A stretch of DNA of 63,424 bases, counting the filler, from Choristocarpus tenellus KU-1152 (taxonomy: Eukaryota; Protista; Phaeophyceae), in the NCBI GenBank assembly GCA_964200185.2. It is 12 parts of 12 records of this genome, joined end to end, with 100 filler letters (N's around TTAATTAATTAA, not from the genome) between each part and the next. Parts side by side here need not be neighbours in the genome. Positions count along the whole stretch, not along the records: positions 60,472 to 63,424 come from CAXNAD020023407.1; 11 more parts are not named here. The stretch is one strand, 5' to 3'. A model generated the notes under the pieces. That model was given only the letters and a program-made list of their open reading frames with translations, was not told where the DNA came from and did no database searches. Each line of letters opens with the position of its first letter. Within the stretch, counting starts at the first letter, position 1. The translations under genes were made by a program, and so were the position numbers. This document shows, one piece after another, positions 62,962 through 63,424 of this stretch.

Positions 62962-63424
62962 GCAGCTACAGGAGCTTCATACACCCAAACACAAAACATA
63001 GATTGTAAGTAACCTGTTTCGAACCCTAAATTTCCAACTGGCGAAATCTTCCTTGGGCAACGCCTGTATGCACCTCAAACAACCCTAGGAGACCCAACGG
63101 CAGTAATGGCAAGCGGCACTTTGCTTGAAGTACACCGATTCATCAACAAAAATGATTCCCAGCACAAAAGGTAGTCATCCTTTGGGATTGGTCAAACGTA
63201 CAAGGAATGGTAAGGTATTAAGAACTATTTCACGAAACATACGGGACAAACTATCCGCATCCCATCAACCATAGCGAGCGTGCTTGTTTCCATTCAAATA
63301 TCCTTAGGAAGCAAGCACAACTGAGATGGATGAGGGGAGAGGTATTGAGGGGTAGGGGCAGAGGGGGAACTTGATAAGTCAATCCCTCCCCCCCCCCCCG
63401 TCAGCGCACATGAGAAATTGGACA

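Overview
This window is eukaryotic nuclear DNA rich in introns and repeats. The gene set (flagellar CFAP57, DUF819, a Zn2Cys6 domain, CRE/Copia/Harbinger/pogo relics, TTAGGG repeats) best fits a stramenopile, probably a brown alga (inference). It is not one locus: 11 artificial 100-bp spacers (N44-TTAATTAATTAA-N44) join 12 short contigs, so adjacency across spacers means nothing. Genes rebuilt by hand from GT-AG exons, mostly partial: ABHD11-like hydrolase, PHOSPHO1/2-type HAD phosphatase, DUF819 membrane protein, GAL4-type Zn2Cys6 factor, DLST (2-oxoglutarate dehydrogenase E2), a TRAF-zinc-finger exon, a GT1 glycosyltransferase fused in frame to an FkbM-type methyltransferase, and CFAP57-like. 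There is also one tRNA-Lys(UUU). The rest is mostly decayed mobile DNA: Copia, Gypsy, solo LTRs, CRE-like non-LTR, PIF/Harbinger, pogo, mariner, and two abundant MITE families that share a bipartite end motif. Top leads: (1) the GT1-FkbM fusion enzyme; (2) short (TTAGGG)2 patches at sites where homologous repeat copies lack them, suggesting telomerase-templated repair; (3) the Sola-like MITE pair with both 3-bp and 4-bp TSDs; (4) an intron-split Zn2Cys6 domain in an apparently non-fungal genome. Coordinates were counted by eye; boundaries of decayed elements are approximate.
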